Shown in pieces: positions 1-9,800 of a stretch of 64,000 bases of DNA. Position 1 is the stretch's first letter, and every line of letters starts with the position of its first letter. Source of the stretch: Promethearchaeia archaeon (GTDB taxonomy: Archaea; Asgardarchaeota; Lokiarchaeia; Sigyniarchaeales; SOKP01); assembly GCA_029856145.1 (NCBI GenBank), contig JAHQWK010000020.1:32001-96000 (forward strand), read 5' to 3'. The notes below the pieces were generated by a model. The model saw only the letters and a program-made list of their open reading frames with translations, had not been told where the DNA came from and made no database searches. Position numbers and translations under genes: made by a program.

Positions 1-432
1 GAAAAAACCTCTTATTGCATATATAACTGAAATAACAAATAAAATTTGAAAAATGAATAAATAGAGATCATTAAAAAGTACTCCTAATTCGCTCAATATT
101 AAATTGGGAATGTTTTGTAATTCTGGCTGAGGGATTGAAAACCATTTGCTCAAGTATCCCTGAAAAAAACCTTCAATAAAGTTAAACATATAACTGTTAA
201 ATCCACCTCCAAAAATAAAGGCTAAACCATAAGCAATAAGGAAAAAAAATCCATAGATTATGTATGAGAAAACGTTTTTTAATGCTCCTAAAAAGGCAAA
301 TAACACGAATTCATTGTCTGCTGTTACAACTACTGTATTAAAATCAAAAATTGAAGTTAGAAAAATAATATATAGCCAGGCGAATATAGCTAGATTGATT
401 ATTTTTAATGATAATAAATATCCGCGAGCCAT
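1..432 (-). CDS. Multi-pass membrane protein, 5' part (runs off the left edge of the window); next gene of the MoxR/DUF58 operon
   Basis: Not in the ORF track. ATG at 432, 3 nt downstream of the DUF58 stop. Reads MARGYLLSLKIINLAIFAWLYIIFLTSIFDF... open to base 1, with several hydrophobic stretches. Confidence 0.8.
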   Translation of the reverse strand, partial: MARGYLLSLKIINLAIFAWLYIIFLTSIFDFNTVVVTADNEFVLFAFLGALKNVFSYIIYGFFFLIAYGLAFIFGGGFNSYMFNFIEGFFQGYLSKWFSIPQPELQNIPNLILSELGVLFNDLYLFIFQILFVISVIYAIRGFF

Positions 433-435
433 TTC

Positions 436-1764
436 TTAATACGCCTTCCCTTTTTTTTTTGCTTCCATATAATTACTTAGAACTTGATTCATCATATCAT
501 CAGGTCCACAGGTTATTATATTAATTCCCAGATTTCGAAGATTTTGTCTAATAGATAAAATATGTTCCATCATTTCTTCACTAATTGCTTCTGCTAAAGC
601 TTTATCAGTTGAAGATAAATCTATTTCATGAATCTCGAACCAAGGACTGAATGGATTAATAATTATAATAGTATGATTAAATGGGACTAATTTTTTAATA
701 GCTTGAGAAATATCCTTAGGATTTGCTTCTAAATCAGATATGACAAAAACTAAACTGCGTTTTTGAAAACGTTTTGTAAAATGAGCCATGGCTTCATTGA
801 ATTTGCACTTTCCTTGTGGTTTTATCCTTGCGACAAAATCTAAAACTTGATAAAAGTGGTCTTCTCCACTATTTGGTTTTAAAAATTTCAAATTCTTTTT
901 GTCTGAGAAGGTAAAAACTCCTACATTATCTCTTCGTGTTAATGCTACTTTTGTTAAAAGCATACAGGCTCTTATTGCATATTCAAATTTTGTATTTTCA
1001 ATTGCTCCACCCGCCATTGTATCAGATGAATCTACAACAATCATTATGGTTACATCTCTTTCACTTTCATGCTCTTTAACGATTAGTGTTTGAGTTCGAG
1101 CACTTGCTTTCCAATCTATCAATCTAAATTGATCTCCAAAAACATATTTCCTCATCCCATAAAATTCCGATCCAAGTCCTTTTTGTTTCGATCTTTGTAA
1201 TCCATAATTTAATTGTAAAGATCGTTTTGAACCTAAAATTTCAATTCTTTTAATATCTTCATAAGGTGGATATATAAGAATATCTGTAACACTATCTGGT
1301 ACAATCCTTTCAACTGAATTAAATCCTAATCTATCTTTCACTATTATTGATAAGGGTCCGAGAGCATATTCTCCTCTTACTTTTGGTTCAAGAACGTAAG
1401 TGAATTTAATTAGATCTTTTGGTCCAATTCTAGTAGATATAAAATTTTCACCTAAAATTAATCTAAATAGCTGTGGGTTGTAGTTATCTCTTATTTCAAT
1501 AAAATCAAAGCTGTTACGACCAATATTTTCAATTACCACTTTTACATGAACAAAATCATCTTTGAATACTTTTTCTTTCTCAAGTTCTCTATGCACATGC
1601 AATTCTTCTATATTCATTTTATAGTAGAAAATTGGTAAACTAATTATTGTACTAAATAATAATAAAATTGCGAAGTAAATTAAGAAATAATTTACGAATG
1701 CAAATCCAGCTGTAAGAAAAAATACAGCAAATAAAATTAAACTTCTACCTTTACCTCCTAGTAT
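436..1764 (-). CDS. DUF58 / vWA-domain protein, MoxR-associated, with N-terminal transmembrane hairpin
   Basis: DUF58 motifs GSEFYGMRKYVFGDQFRLIDWKASAR and VVDSSDTM. The track starts at ATG 1617, but the frame is open for 49 more codons (ILGGKGRSLILFAVFFLTAGFAFVNYFLIYFAILLLFSTIISL...) back to ATA 1764, which follows an AGGTG SD-like site. In-frame stop at 1780-1782. Confidence 0.88.
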   Translation of the reverse strand: MLGGKGRSLILFAVFFLTAGFAFVNYFLIYFAILLLFSTIISLPIFYYKMNIEELHVHRELEKEKVFKDDFVHVKVVIENIGRNSFDFIEIRDNYNPQLFRLILGENFISTRIGPKDLIKFTYVLEPKVRGEYALGPLSIIVKDRLGFNSVERIVPDSVTDILIYPPYEDIKRIEILGSKRSLQLNYGLQRSKQKGLGSEFYGMRKYVFGDQFRLIDWKASARTQTLIVKEHESERDVTIMIVVDSSDTMAGGAIENTKFEYAIRACMLLTKVALTRRDNVGVFTFSDKKNLKFLKPNSGEDHFYQVLDFVARIKPQGKCKFNEAMAHFTKRFQKRSLVFVISDLEANPKDISQAIKKLVPFNHTIIIINPFSPWFEIHEIDLSSTDKALAEAISEEMMEHILSIRQNLRNLGINIITCGPDDMMNQVLSNYMEAKKKGKAY

Positions 1765-1832
1765 AAAAATACACCTTATTTAATATTTTTTCTTCCAATT
1801 CTGATTAAATACTACACCATAAAAAAAACGGT

Positions 1833-2813
1833 TTAGATAGGGATTGATATATCTTCGACAATTGATTTAATAACAGCCTTTGCATCAAGACCTTCTAATT
1901 CTGCTTCTGGTTTTAAAAGAATTCTGTGGTTTAATGCTGGGATGATTAATGCTCGCACATCATCAGGGGTCACATATGATCGGCCTAGTATCGCAGCACG
2001 AGCTTTTGCACATTTCATAAGAGTTAAGCTGGCTCTTGGTCCACATCCGAGGGCAATCTGTGGATGATTTCTAGTTTTTAATATGATATCACGAACATAT
2101 TTTAGAATTCGATCATCAATATAGACTAAATTCATAATTTTCTGTGCTGCGAGGATTTCTTCACCAGTTGTGATTACTTCAACTGAGGGTGATTCACCTG
2201 AAATTTGTCGACGCATAATTTCTACTTCTTCATCTTTCTCAGGATAATCTAGCCAGAGTTTAAATAAGAATCTATCAATTTGAGCTTCTGGCAGTGGATA
2301 AGTTCCTTCCATTTCTACAGGGTTTTCTGTTGCAACAACGATGAAGGGTTTTTCAAGCTGTAAAGTTTGACCCTCAATAGTTATTTGACGTTCAGCCATA
2401 GCTTCAAGTAGAGCTGCTTGTGTTTTAGGAGCAGCTCTGTTAATCTCATCAGCTAGTACCAAGTTAGCAAAAAGCGGTCCTTTTTGAAGTACAAATGCAC
2501 CTTCATTCTGATTAAATATTTTTGTACCTGTAATATCTGCTGGTAACAAATCAGGAGTGAATTGAACTCTTCGAAATGATATACCGAGTGTTTTAGCAAA
2601 AGTTTTAGCCATTACCGTTTTGCCAAGACCTGGGACTCCTTCTAGTAGTACATGCCCATTCACAAGTAGAGCTATAAAAAGTTGCTGTAGAATTTCACCA
2701 TACCCTACGATCACTCGACTTACTTCACTTAATACTTCCTGTGCTATCTCTCTTATAGGTACTACATCAATTTCCTCATGGTCATAATATTTTGCTTTGT
2801 CCGGAGCTTCCAT
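1833..2813 (-). CDS. moxR: MoxR family AAA+ ATPase (MoxR proper)
   Basis: GHVLLEGVPGLGKT Walker A, RVQFTPDLLPADITG, LADEINRAAPKTQAALLEAM, NPVEMEGTYPLPEAQIDRF. Confidence 0.96.
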   Translation of the reverse strand: MEAPDKAKYYDHEEIDVVPIREIAQEVLSEVSRVIVGYGEILQQLFIALLVNGHVLLEGVPGLGKTVMAKTFAKTLGISFRRVQFTPDLLPADITGTKIFNQNEGAFVLQKGPLFANLVLADEINRAAPKTQAALLEAMAERQITIEGQTLQLEKPFIVVATENPVEMEGTYPLPEAQIDRFLFKLWLDYPEKDEEVEIMRRQISGESPSVEVITTGEEILAAQKIMNLVYIDDRILKYVRDIILKTRNHPQIALGCGPRASLTLMKCAKARAAILGRSYVTPDDVRALIIPALNHRILLKPEAELEGLDAKAVIKSIVEDISIPI

Positions 2814-2886
2814 TTATTTATAACCTCTATATTTTTTAATTTTTATATTATTTTTTTTAATTTTTTATTTGATATTTTAAAATTGA

Positions 2887-4671
2887 TTAAATAATGTTAA
2901 CTGCCCAGTCCATTTCGAAAAATAGTTCTTCGAAATCTTGTTCAGTTTTAACTTTTTCTTTTCCTTCTTTAATTGATAAAATTTTATCCATAAACTTACT
3001 TAATCTTCTTGTTTTTAATTTGGTGGTTGAGGGATCTTTTGCAATAACTAGATCTACCACATTTTGTGTTGTTATTTTTGCTCCTCCCAATTGCCTATGT
3101 AATTTCCTTTCTAGCCTTCTGTAAAGCAGTTTTAAAGCATCTCCATATTTCATTTTATCTCTATATTCCTCAATCTTTTGGGCAAAAAAGGAAGATGTTC
3201 TAAATCTAGCAATTTCTTCTTTCTTTTCTTCTTCTGCTGCTATTTTTTGTTCTTCCTGCTTTTTATCCTTTTTTGGGAGGTATTTCCTTAATGTATAAAA
3301 TGCTAGAAGAGGGTAAATCCAGGCTGTGATTGGATTTGTTGATAAGTGTACAATATACTGCATTACGAAACCAAATATCCCTGCGGATGAAAGATCTCTT
3401 GAATATTCTGGTCTTATATGAGCTTCATCGAAAACTACAATCCATTCCTCCTTACTCCTTCCTTCATTTACTTGTGTCAACCATTCAATGATATTTATTC
3501 CAAATTGCATATTATCATAAGTAGGCTCATTAATTAGTTCATTATTAAATAAGCTTGCATCAGCAGAGACAAATAATCGTTGTCTCCCCATATCATTTGC
3601 TAAAAATACATGTTGTTCATATACTCCAAGGGGAAATGTGGTAGGAAGTGGGAATCCTAAATCTATTAAACTCATAAAACCCAAATTAAGTGCATCCTCA
3701 GGTTCATTATAATACCCATTATTATCTTTATCTATAAATGAATGAGGTTGTGAGGTGCCTACAGAAGTCCAACCAAATGCACTTATAAAAGGTCCTCCTA
3801 CAGCACAAGAAGCTACTGAAAGTATAACTTCGTCAATATAATATGGAGTATTTCTGGTTGGATGAGTAGCAAAATTTGTAATCACAGGAAATTCAGGTGT
3901 CGGATTATAAGATTCATTATCCCGTAAAATGCCATTAGGAAATATTGTTAATGGTATATTGATACTAGGATCAAACAAACTCGCAATTAGGATTTCCCAT
4001 AATAACGTACTTGTAGAACCATGATCGTGACATATTAATAGTGAATTAGTTCCTTTTAAAAATTCTATAAAATAAGGTACTTCAAAAATAGGATCATAAA
4101 ATTGATTTGGGCCTAGTAAAATCAATAATATAGATTCTTTTCTATTATTATTAATCGTTGTATTTATTAACCGGTTAGTAGCACTCAAACTTGATTGTAC
4201 CGTCATGACATCGTATCCATCATTTTCAATAGCTTTTTTAAAGTCTGTAGCACCATTCCAGTCTGGATTATAAACTGAAAAATTCTGATTATTTTCCCCT
4301 CTGTCAATTATGGGAGAAAATAAAGGAATGAACACAAAGATAAATATAATGACAAATAGTGCTTGTTTATATATTGAACCAGATTTAATTTTCTTTCGGG
4401 ATTGTGTTTGACGTATTTTTACAGTTGTGGCATTTCTTAGAAATATAATAAGAAAAACCACACTAAAAATTGCTCCAAAATAACATAAAAGAGGGATATA
4501 GGTTAAAATACCCCACCAAACGGGTAATTCACCTGGATTTTCTTGCTGAATATGAACAACAAAATCGCTAATTATAATTCCAAAAATGATTAAATATATC
4601 GTTAAGAATGTAAAAACTATTCCTTTTGAAATATTTATACTCTTTTGAGATGCTTTTCCTTGTTTCACCAT
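2887..4671 (-). CDS. DUF4350-like membrane protein (N-terminal TM helices, extracellular domain, cytoplasmic helical C-terminus)
   Basis: FSVYNPDWNGATDF, GRQRLFVSADASLFNNELI...DNMQF and VVFDEAH motifs typical of DUF4350-type proteins in archaeal MoxR operons. Confidence 0.72.
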   Translation of the reverse strand: MVKQGKASQKSINISKGIVFTFLTIYLIIFGIIISDFVVHIQQENPGELPVWWGILTYIPLLCYFGAIFSVVFLIIFLRNATTVKIRQTQSRKKIKSGSIYKQALFVIIFIFVFIPLFSPIIDRGENNQNFSVYNPDWNGATDFKKAIENDGYDVMTVQSSLSATNRLINTTINNNRKESILLILLGPNQFYDPIFEVPYFIEFLKGTNSLLICHDHGSTSTLLWEILIASLFDPSINIPLTIFPNGILRDNESYNPTPEFPVITNFATHPTRNTPYYIDEVILSVASCAVGGPFISAFGWTSVGTSQPHSFIDKDNNGYYNEPEDALNLGFMSLIDLGFPLPTTFPLGVYEQHVFLANDMGRQRLFVSADASLFNNELINEPTYDNMQFGINIIEWLTQVNEGRSKEEWIVVFDEAHIRPEYSRDLSSAGIFGFVMQYIVHLSTNPITAWIYPLLAFYTLRKYLPKKDKKQEEQKIAAEEEKKEEIARFRTSSFFAQKIEEYRDKMKYGDALKLLYRRLERKLHRQLGGAKITTQNVVDLVIAKDPSTTKLKTRRLSKFMDKILSIKEGKEKVKTEQDFEELFFEMDWAVNII

Positions 4672-4725
4672 TGTGATTACTTTTTAGTATTTTGAAATTA
4701 TAACAAATAATAATTGTTCTTAAAC

Positions 4726-5103
4726 CTACAATTTAAAGGTGAATGTCTTCCCCGTTATTTTGTTATATAAATTAGTAAACAAATCAATTGTAAAGTTAAG
4801 TTCGTTAGTTGTAGGTTCAACCCCACCATAGATTATATCTTCGATTTTTTTTATAAATGGATATATAAATTCTGGTTTCAGATTCATATCTAATTCATTC
4901 ACACAGGCAATAGCATATTCACGAATAGTTTGATGAGCTAATCTAGGTTTCTTAAATTTAATATTAATAAGATCATCGTACACAAGATAAATATAAGCTA
5001 TTGCCTCCTTGGGTCTGTTAGTTTCAACTAGAATCTTAACATTATCAAATTTCTGCTTAATATTAATCTCTGGTTCTGGTTGTTTTTTTTTCTTTTTTGC
5101 CAT
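4726..5103 (-). CDS. Small helical protein, DUF4129-like
   Basis: QTIREYA and IEDIIYG motifs; clearly similar to the C-terminal domain of the adjacent 5221-6816 protein. Confidence 0.65.
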   Translation of the reverse strand: MAKKKKKQPEPEINIKQKFDNVKILVETNRPKEAIAYIYLVYDDLINIKFKKPRLAHQTIREYAIACVNELDMNLKPEFIYPFIKKIEDIIYGGVEPTTNELNFTIDLFTNLYNKITGKTFTFKL

Positions 5104-5220
5104 TATTTTCTACCTATTTCTATATTTTTTCGAATAATTTATTTATTAATTTTTTTTGAATTTATAATTCTTTGTACTTATTTTTGATTTTTATTTTTGA
5201 TTTTTTTATTATATTTGAAT

Positions 5221-6816
5221 TTAAAAATTTAAAACAAAATTATATCCAGTTAATTGGAAATATATTGGTGAAAATAATTCACATGTATTATAGAAGTCTT
5301 TTTCTGTTATTTTAAAGGGTTTTGCATATATTATTTCCTCGACTTTTTGAATAAAAGGGTAAATTGATGAGGGAGTTAATTTTAATTCTTTTACAGAAAT
5401 AATCGCAAAGTCTCTAATTGTCTCATTTTCTTTTCTTATTATATTATATTTAGCATTAATTAAATCCATATAAATACCATTAAATAAATATGATATAGAT
5501 TCTTCTAATCTTCCCGAATCTTTAAGAATCTTAAGATTTATAATTTTTGATTCGAGTGGTAGACTAACTACCCGAGATTCTTTTTCTTGTTTTTTATAAA
5601 ATTTAATTCCATATACAACTAAGCCCGTAACAACACCTGCCAAAATTGGAAAAAAGATTAAAGAAAAAATTAAGAATGGGGGTAAATCACCTGCTCCAGG
5701 ACCTGACGGAAGTGCTGATTCCACGAGTATGTATTGTATGGGTGAACTAATATCTTTTCCTGCAAAATCAACTAATTGAACTTGAATTGATGCAGTTCCA
5801 TTACCGTCAGGAACTTGAAACTCAGAAGTAAAGCTACCATCTACTATCGTTGTTGCTGTATCAACATAGGTTCCATTGAAATAAATTTCAACATCCCTGT
5901 TACTAATTTTTAGAGAGGGATCTGTACTAGATGTAAGTGTTCCAGTTAAGGTATATCTAGCTCCTTCTCTAGTAGTATAGTCAATATCCAAATTCCATGC
6001 AACATCTGAAAATACTTTAATATTGGGTATGGACATTTCTGAGTAATCAACATACGGAGGATCTGTGTAGTTGAATTTCAGAGTTAATCGACTTGCAGAT
6101 GTAATTGGAATTTGTAAGTTTGGTAGAGAACCTGAAGCATCAGTGAAAAATGAACCTTGTGAGATGATTAAAGACCCGTCTAACCAATAATAGTTGACAC
6201 TCTCAAAGGGGATTCCATTTCCATTATCATAATTTAAATGCCCATTTATATTGAAATCTTCTTCAGTCAATTTAGGCGTTGAGGTGTCATCATGAGAGAT
6301 AATATCGAAATAGGAGGTTGCATTTACATATATTATATAGAAATGGTGATATTCAATTTCACTATCAGGACCCCCTGGCTCTGTATCTGTTACAATAACT
6401 TCTAGTTTATGGTTTGAATATACATCAAGATCTGGGTTAATCGTATAACGAATAGTAAAATATCCGTTTATTCCGGTTGTGTTTGTATATCCCCAATCAA
6501 TAATATCATCAACTTCAATTGCAACATTAACTCCCGAAGTATCAATTGATTCATTAAATACATTATAAAGCCGTCCTTTAACAGAGATGGAGGTATAGTG
6601 AGTGAACCTTGAATTATTTACTTCACTAGGATTTGTAAGGTCTAATGTTGCCCAAAACCAAGACATTTTTGGATTTAAATTAGTTTTTTGGGTGTTATTA
6701 TTTAAAAATATGTTAGTAAATAAAGTAAAATTAACTATAATAGCTAAAAAGATAATTAAGATCCCGATTGTTTTAGATTTTTTTTTAAGACTTTTAGGAA
6801 TCTTAAGTTTTTTCAT
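5221..6816 (-). CDS. Membrane-anchored surface protein with Ig-like/beta-rich ectodomain and C-terminal DUF4129-like domain
   Basis: N-terminal signal/TM, Thr/Ser/Asn-rich beta ectodomain with N-x-S/T sites, second TM (FLIFSLIFFPILAGVVTGLVVYGI), then ETIRDFA...VEEIIYA. Confidence 0.75.
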   Translation of the reverse strand: MKKLKIPKSLKKKSKTIGILIIFLAIIVNFTLFTNIFLNNNTQKTNLNPKMSWFWATLDLTNPSEVNNSRFTHYTSISVKGRLYNVFNESIDTSGVNVAIEVDDIIDWGYTNTTGINGYFTIRYTINPDLDVYSNHKLEVIVTDTEPGGPDSEIEYHHFYIIYVNATSYFDIISHDDTSTPKLTEEDFNINGHLNYDNGNGIPFESVNYYWLDGSLIISQGSFFTDASGSLPNLQIPITSASRLTLKFNYTDPPYVDYSEMSIPNIKVFSDVAWNLDIDYTTREGARYTLTGTLTSSTDPSLKISNRDVEIYFNGTYVDTATTIVDGSFTSEFQVPDGNGTASIQVQLVDFAGKDISSPIQYILVESALPSGPGAGDLPPFLIFSLIFFPILAGVVTGLVVYGIKFYKKQEKESRVVSLPLESKIINLKILKDSGRLEESISYLFNGIYMDLINAKYNIIRKENETIRDFAIISVKELKLTPSSIYPFIQKVEEIIYAKPFKITEKDFYNTCELFSPIYFQLTGYNFVLNF

Positions 6817-6846
6817 TTTATTTAATTTTCACCCTTTTTAATTTCA

Positions 6847-9800
6847 TTAAACTTGTCTAAATACTTCTTGTTCTGTTGAAATTATATAAAGACCATCAGG
6901 AATACCAAAATTATCAGGATCATCGGGGTAAAAATTGACCGAAACTTCGGTATTGTCTGGCCAATTTCCAACTGTAAATGTTAGATTGAAGAAACCAGTA
7001 CCATCCGTGATCCATATTTGAGTTGCTAATATACCACCTGATCCATCTCTAATAGTTACATTAATTTCCATGAACGCCATTGCGGTTCCATTATCCCAAT
7101 AAAGATATCCATATACATAGCAATCATCACCATAATACCAAACATCTTTAAAAACGTTAGTCTCATAATTTCCCGTAATATAGGTACCTGCTGTAATATC
7201 AATTGGGATTAATAAGCTACTATTGTGAAGCATATAATCGCTCATTGATATACCTGGAGCATTTAAGCCACCTGTAAACGTAATATTTATATAATAAGCT
7301 CCTTGTGGGCAAGATAAGTCGATTGAGTTCAAAAATTGATACGATCCATCAGCGTTAATAGTTATTGTTTGAGCACCATTTAAATATAGAACAGAAACGT
7401 CAGAATAAGAGCTATCTAATAAAACAATATTTAAATTTAACCCTCTTAAAAATTCTCCACTTTGTCTAACTGTTCCAAAAACAATAAAATTATCAACATC
7501 TCTTAAAATTGAACTTTGATCTATATTACTAAAAATGTTAACATACTCATTTATTATTACATATGTCAAATTTATAGTACCGGAGCCAGACCACTGAGCT
7601 CTTATTCGATGAAGTCCCGCGTGCCAATTGGTAGTATCAACTAATACAGAAGCTTCTCCATTAATTACAGATTGAGTTCCCAGTGGATTACCCGTATAAA
7701 TATCCGTAAATGAAACAGTACCAGAACTAACTGGAACTCCACTTTGAAGAATGTATACACTGAAATTAATATTATTTCCGGGATTATATCTTTCAGGAGG
7801 ATTTCCATCCCAGTAGAATGTTTGAGTTGGGTTTCCATCAATAAAGAAAGAAATATCAACATCATCAGGATCAATAACTCTTAAATCGTTTAAGCCAGGA
7901 ACTGAGTCCGTAAAATTAGCTATATACCATAAATTGAAAAAATGTGGATAACTAGGATTTGTATAAATAAATATACCATTAAAATCAACTTGTAAGGTGT
8001 AGTTTTTAGCTGGAGTCGCGCTTGAAACGGAATATATAAGATTTATTTCTCCAGACGCTCCAAGTTGTAAAGATCCCGATTCTAAATTTAAATAGAATGA
8101 TACATCAATTAATCCATCATACATAAAAACATTTATTTCTCCATATTTGATAGGATTTCCATTAAGAGAATCATTTATATAGCCATGGATTAAGAAATTC
8201 CTTCCATCTGTCCCACTACGATTAACTTCTCTAGGTTGGGGGCAAATATCAAGATTCACATCAATAGGTGCATCCAAAATAAAATATGAATAATTATACT
8301 TGTTATTCCATGTAGCGTAAATCAAATGTGGACCTGCTGTTGTACTGAAGCCAGTTGAATAAATTACCTGAGCATAACCTGAACTTGTTTGAGCTGACCC
8401 TATAGGAATATCTTCAGTTACATCATAGAAATTAACCCATTGTCCATCATCTATAGGAATCCCCCCATATTGAATAAATGCAGTGAGATTAAGCTTATTC
8501 CCTCGATTAATAGTAGGATTATAAGTATCATCAGCTGTAGTTCCATTTATCCAAAAGTTAAATTGTAGAATAGCTGGGGCATCTATTTGTAAATCATTAC
8601 TAAAGTAAGTAGAAGTATTTATAAAAGGTAAATTAAAAAAATATCTATAAGGATGAGACGGAGGAAAATCATTAAAATTCAATGTCCCGTTAAAATCTAA
8701 TCTTAATGTATAATTTCCTGGTGAAATGTTTGGAATGACTCCAAAATCTAAATCAAAATAACCATTAATATCTGTTTGGAATGTTTCACTTGGAGTCAAA
8801 TTTGAAGAGTAATCCATTCCATCTTTTAATAATTTTAATGAAATATAAGAAAAACTTAATGGAAGAGAAGTGTTAGTACTATCATAAATTTCTCCTACAA
8901 TATTAAATTGAGTTACTCCACCACCAGTACGATTAATAACACGAGGTGTTGGCCCAGAAAGAATATTGATTGTTGGTTCTTCATTTAAAATGAAATATGA
9001 ATGATTTTCTTGTAAACCAATTTTTGCATATAATAAATTCGGTCCTGCTACACTATAATCTGCAACAGGATAATTAATTGAAGCAAATCCATTTGCATCT
9101 GAAATATCAGAACCAATCAGGATATCACCTCTAGAATAATCATAAAAAGATACAAGCTTATTAGATATTGGTCCTAAGACAACCGAAACTACTTTGGCAG
9201 TGAGATTTAAATTGTGATATCGCGAAACACTTGCATAATTAGGAGGAATATTCGGATAGTTTGATGGCAAACCATCAATATAGAACCATACATCTAAAGC
9301 TTTCGTAATATTAAAATCAAGTCTGTTGCTTGAATTAGTCATATAATAATAAGGAACTTGAAATAAGAGAGATAAGAGAGAATATGAATAAGTTCCTAAA
9401 GGAGTGTCAATCCACCAAGTTCCGTTAAGATCGGCCCGGACTTCATAATTTCCAGCAGTATTATGATTAAGATCCAAGAAATCATTGAAATCTCCATCAT
9501 AAGTAGTATTAATTGCCGAAGGTGAGAATGCATTTGACACTCCATTGTTTGTCCCTTTTCTAAATAAGCGGATATTTAATTCAGGTCCCTCGACTCTATT
9601 TCCATTTAATGGATCATATACAAAACCTACAACGTTAGTAATATCTGGTTGAGCATCAGAAACATTAATTTCTCCAGGGTTAACATCGGTTAGAGCAATT
9701 GAAATATCTCCTGATATTGTAGTAAGATTGTAGCCTGCATTAAAGAAATCAAATCTCGCCTCAATTAAATGAGGACCAACAATTTCAGTAACATTAAAAA

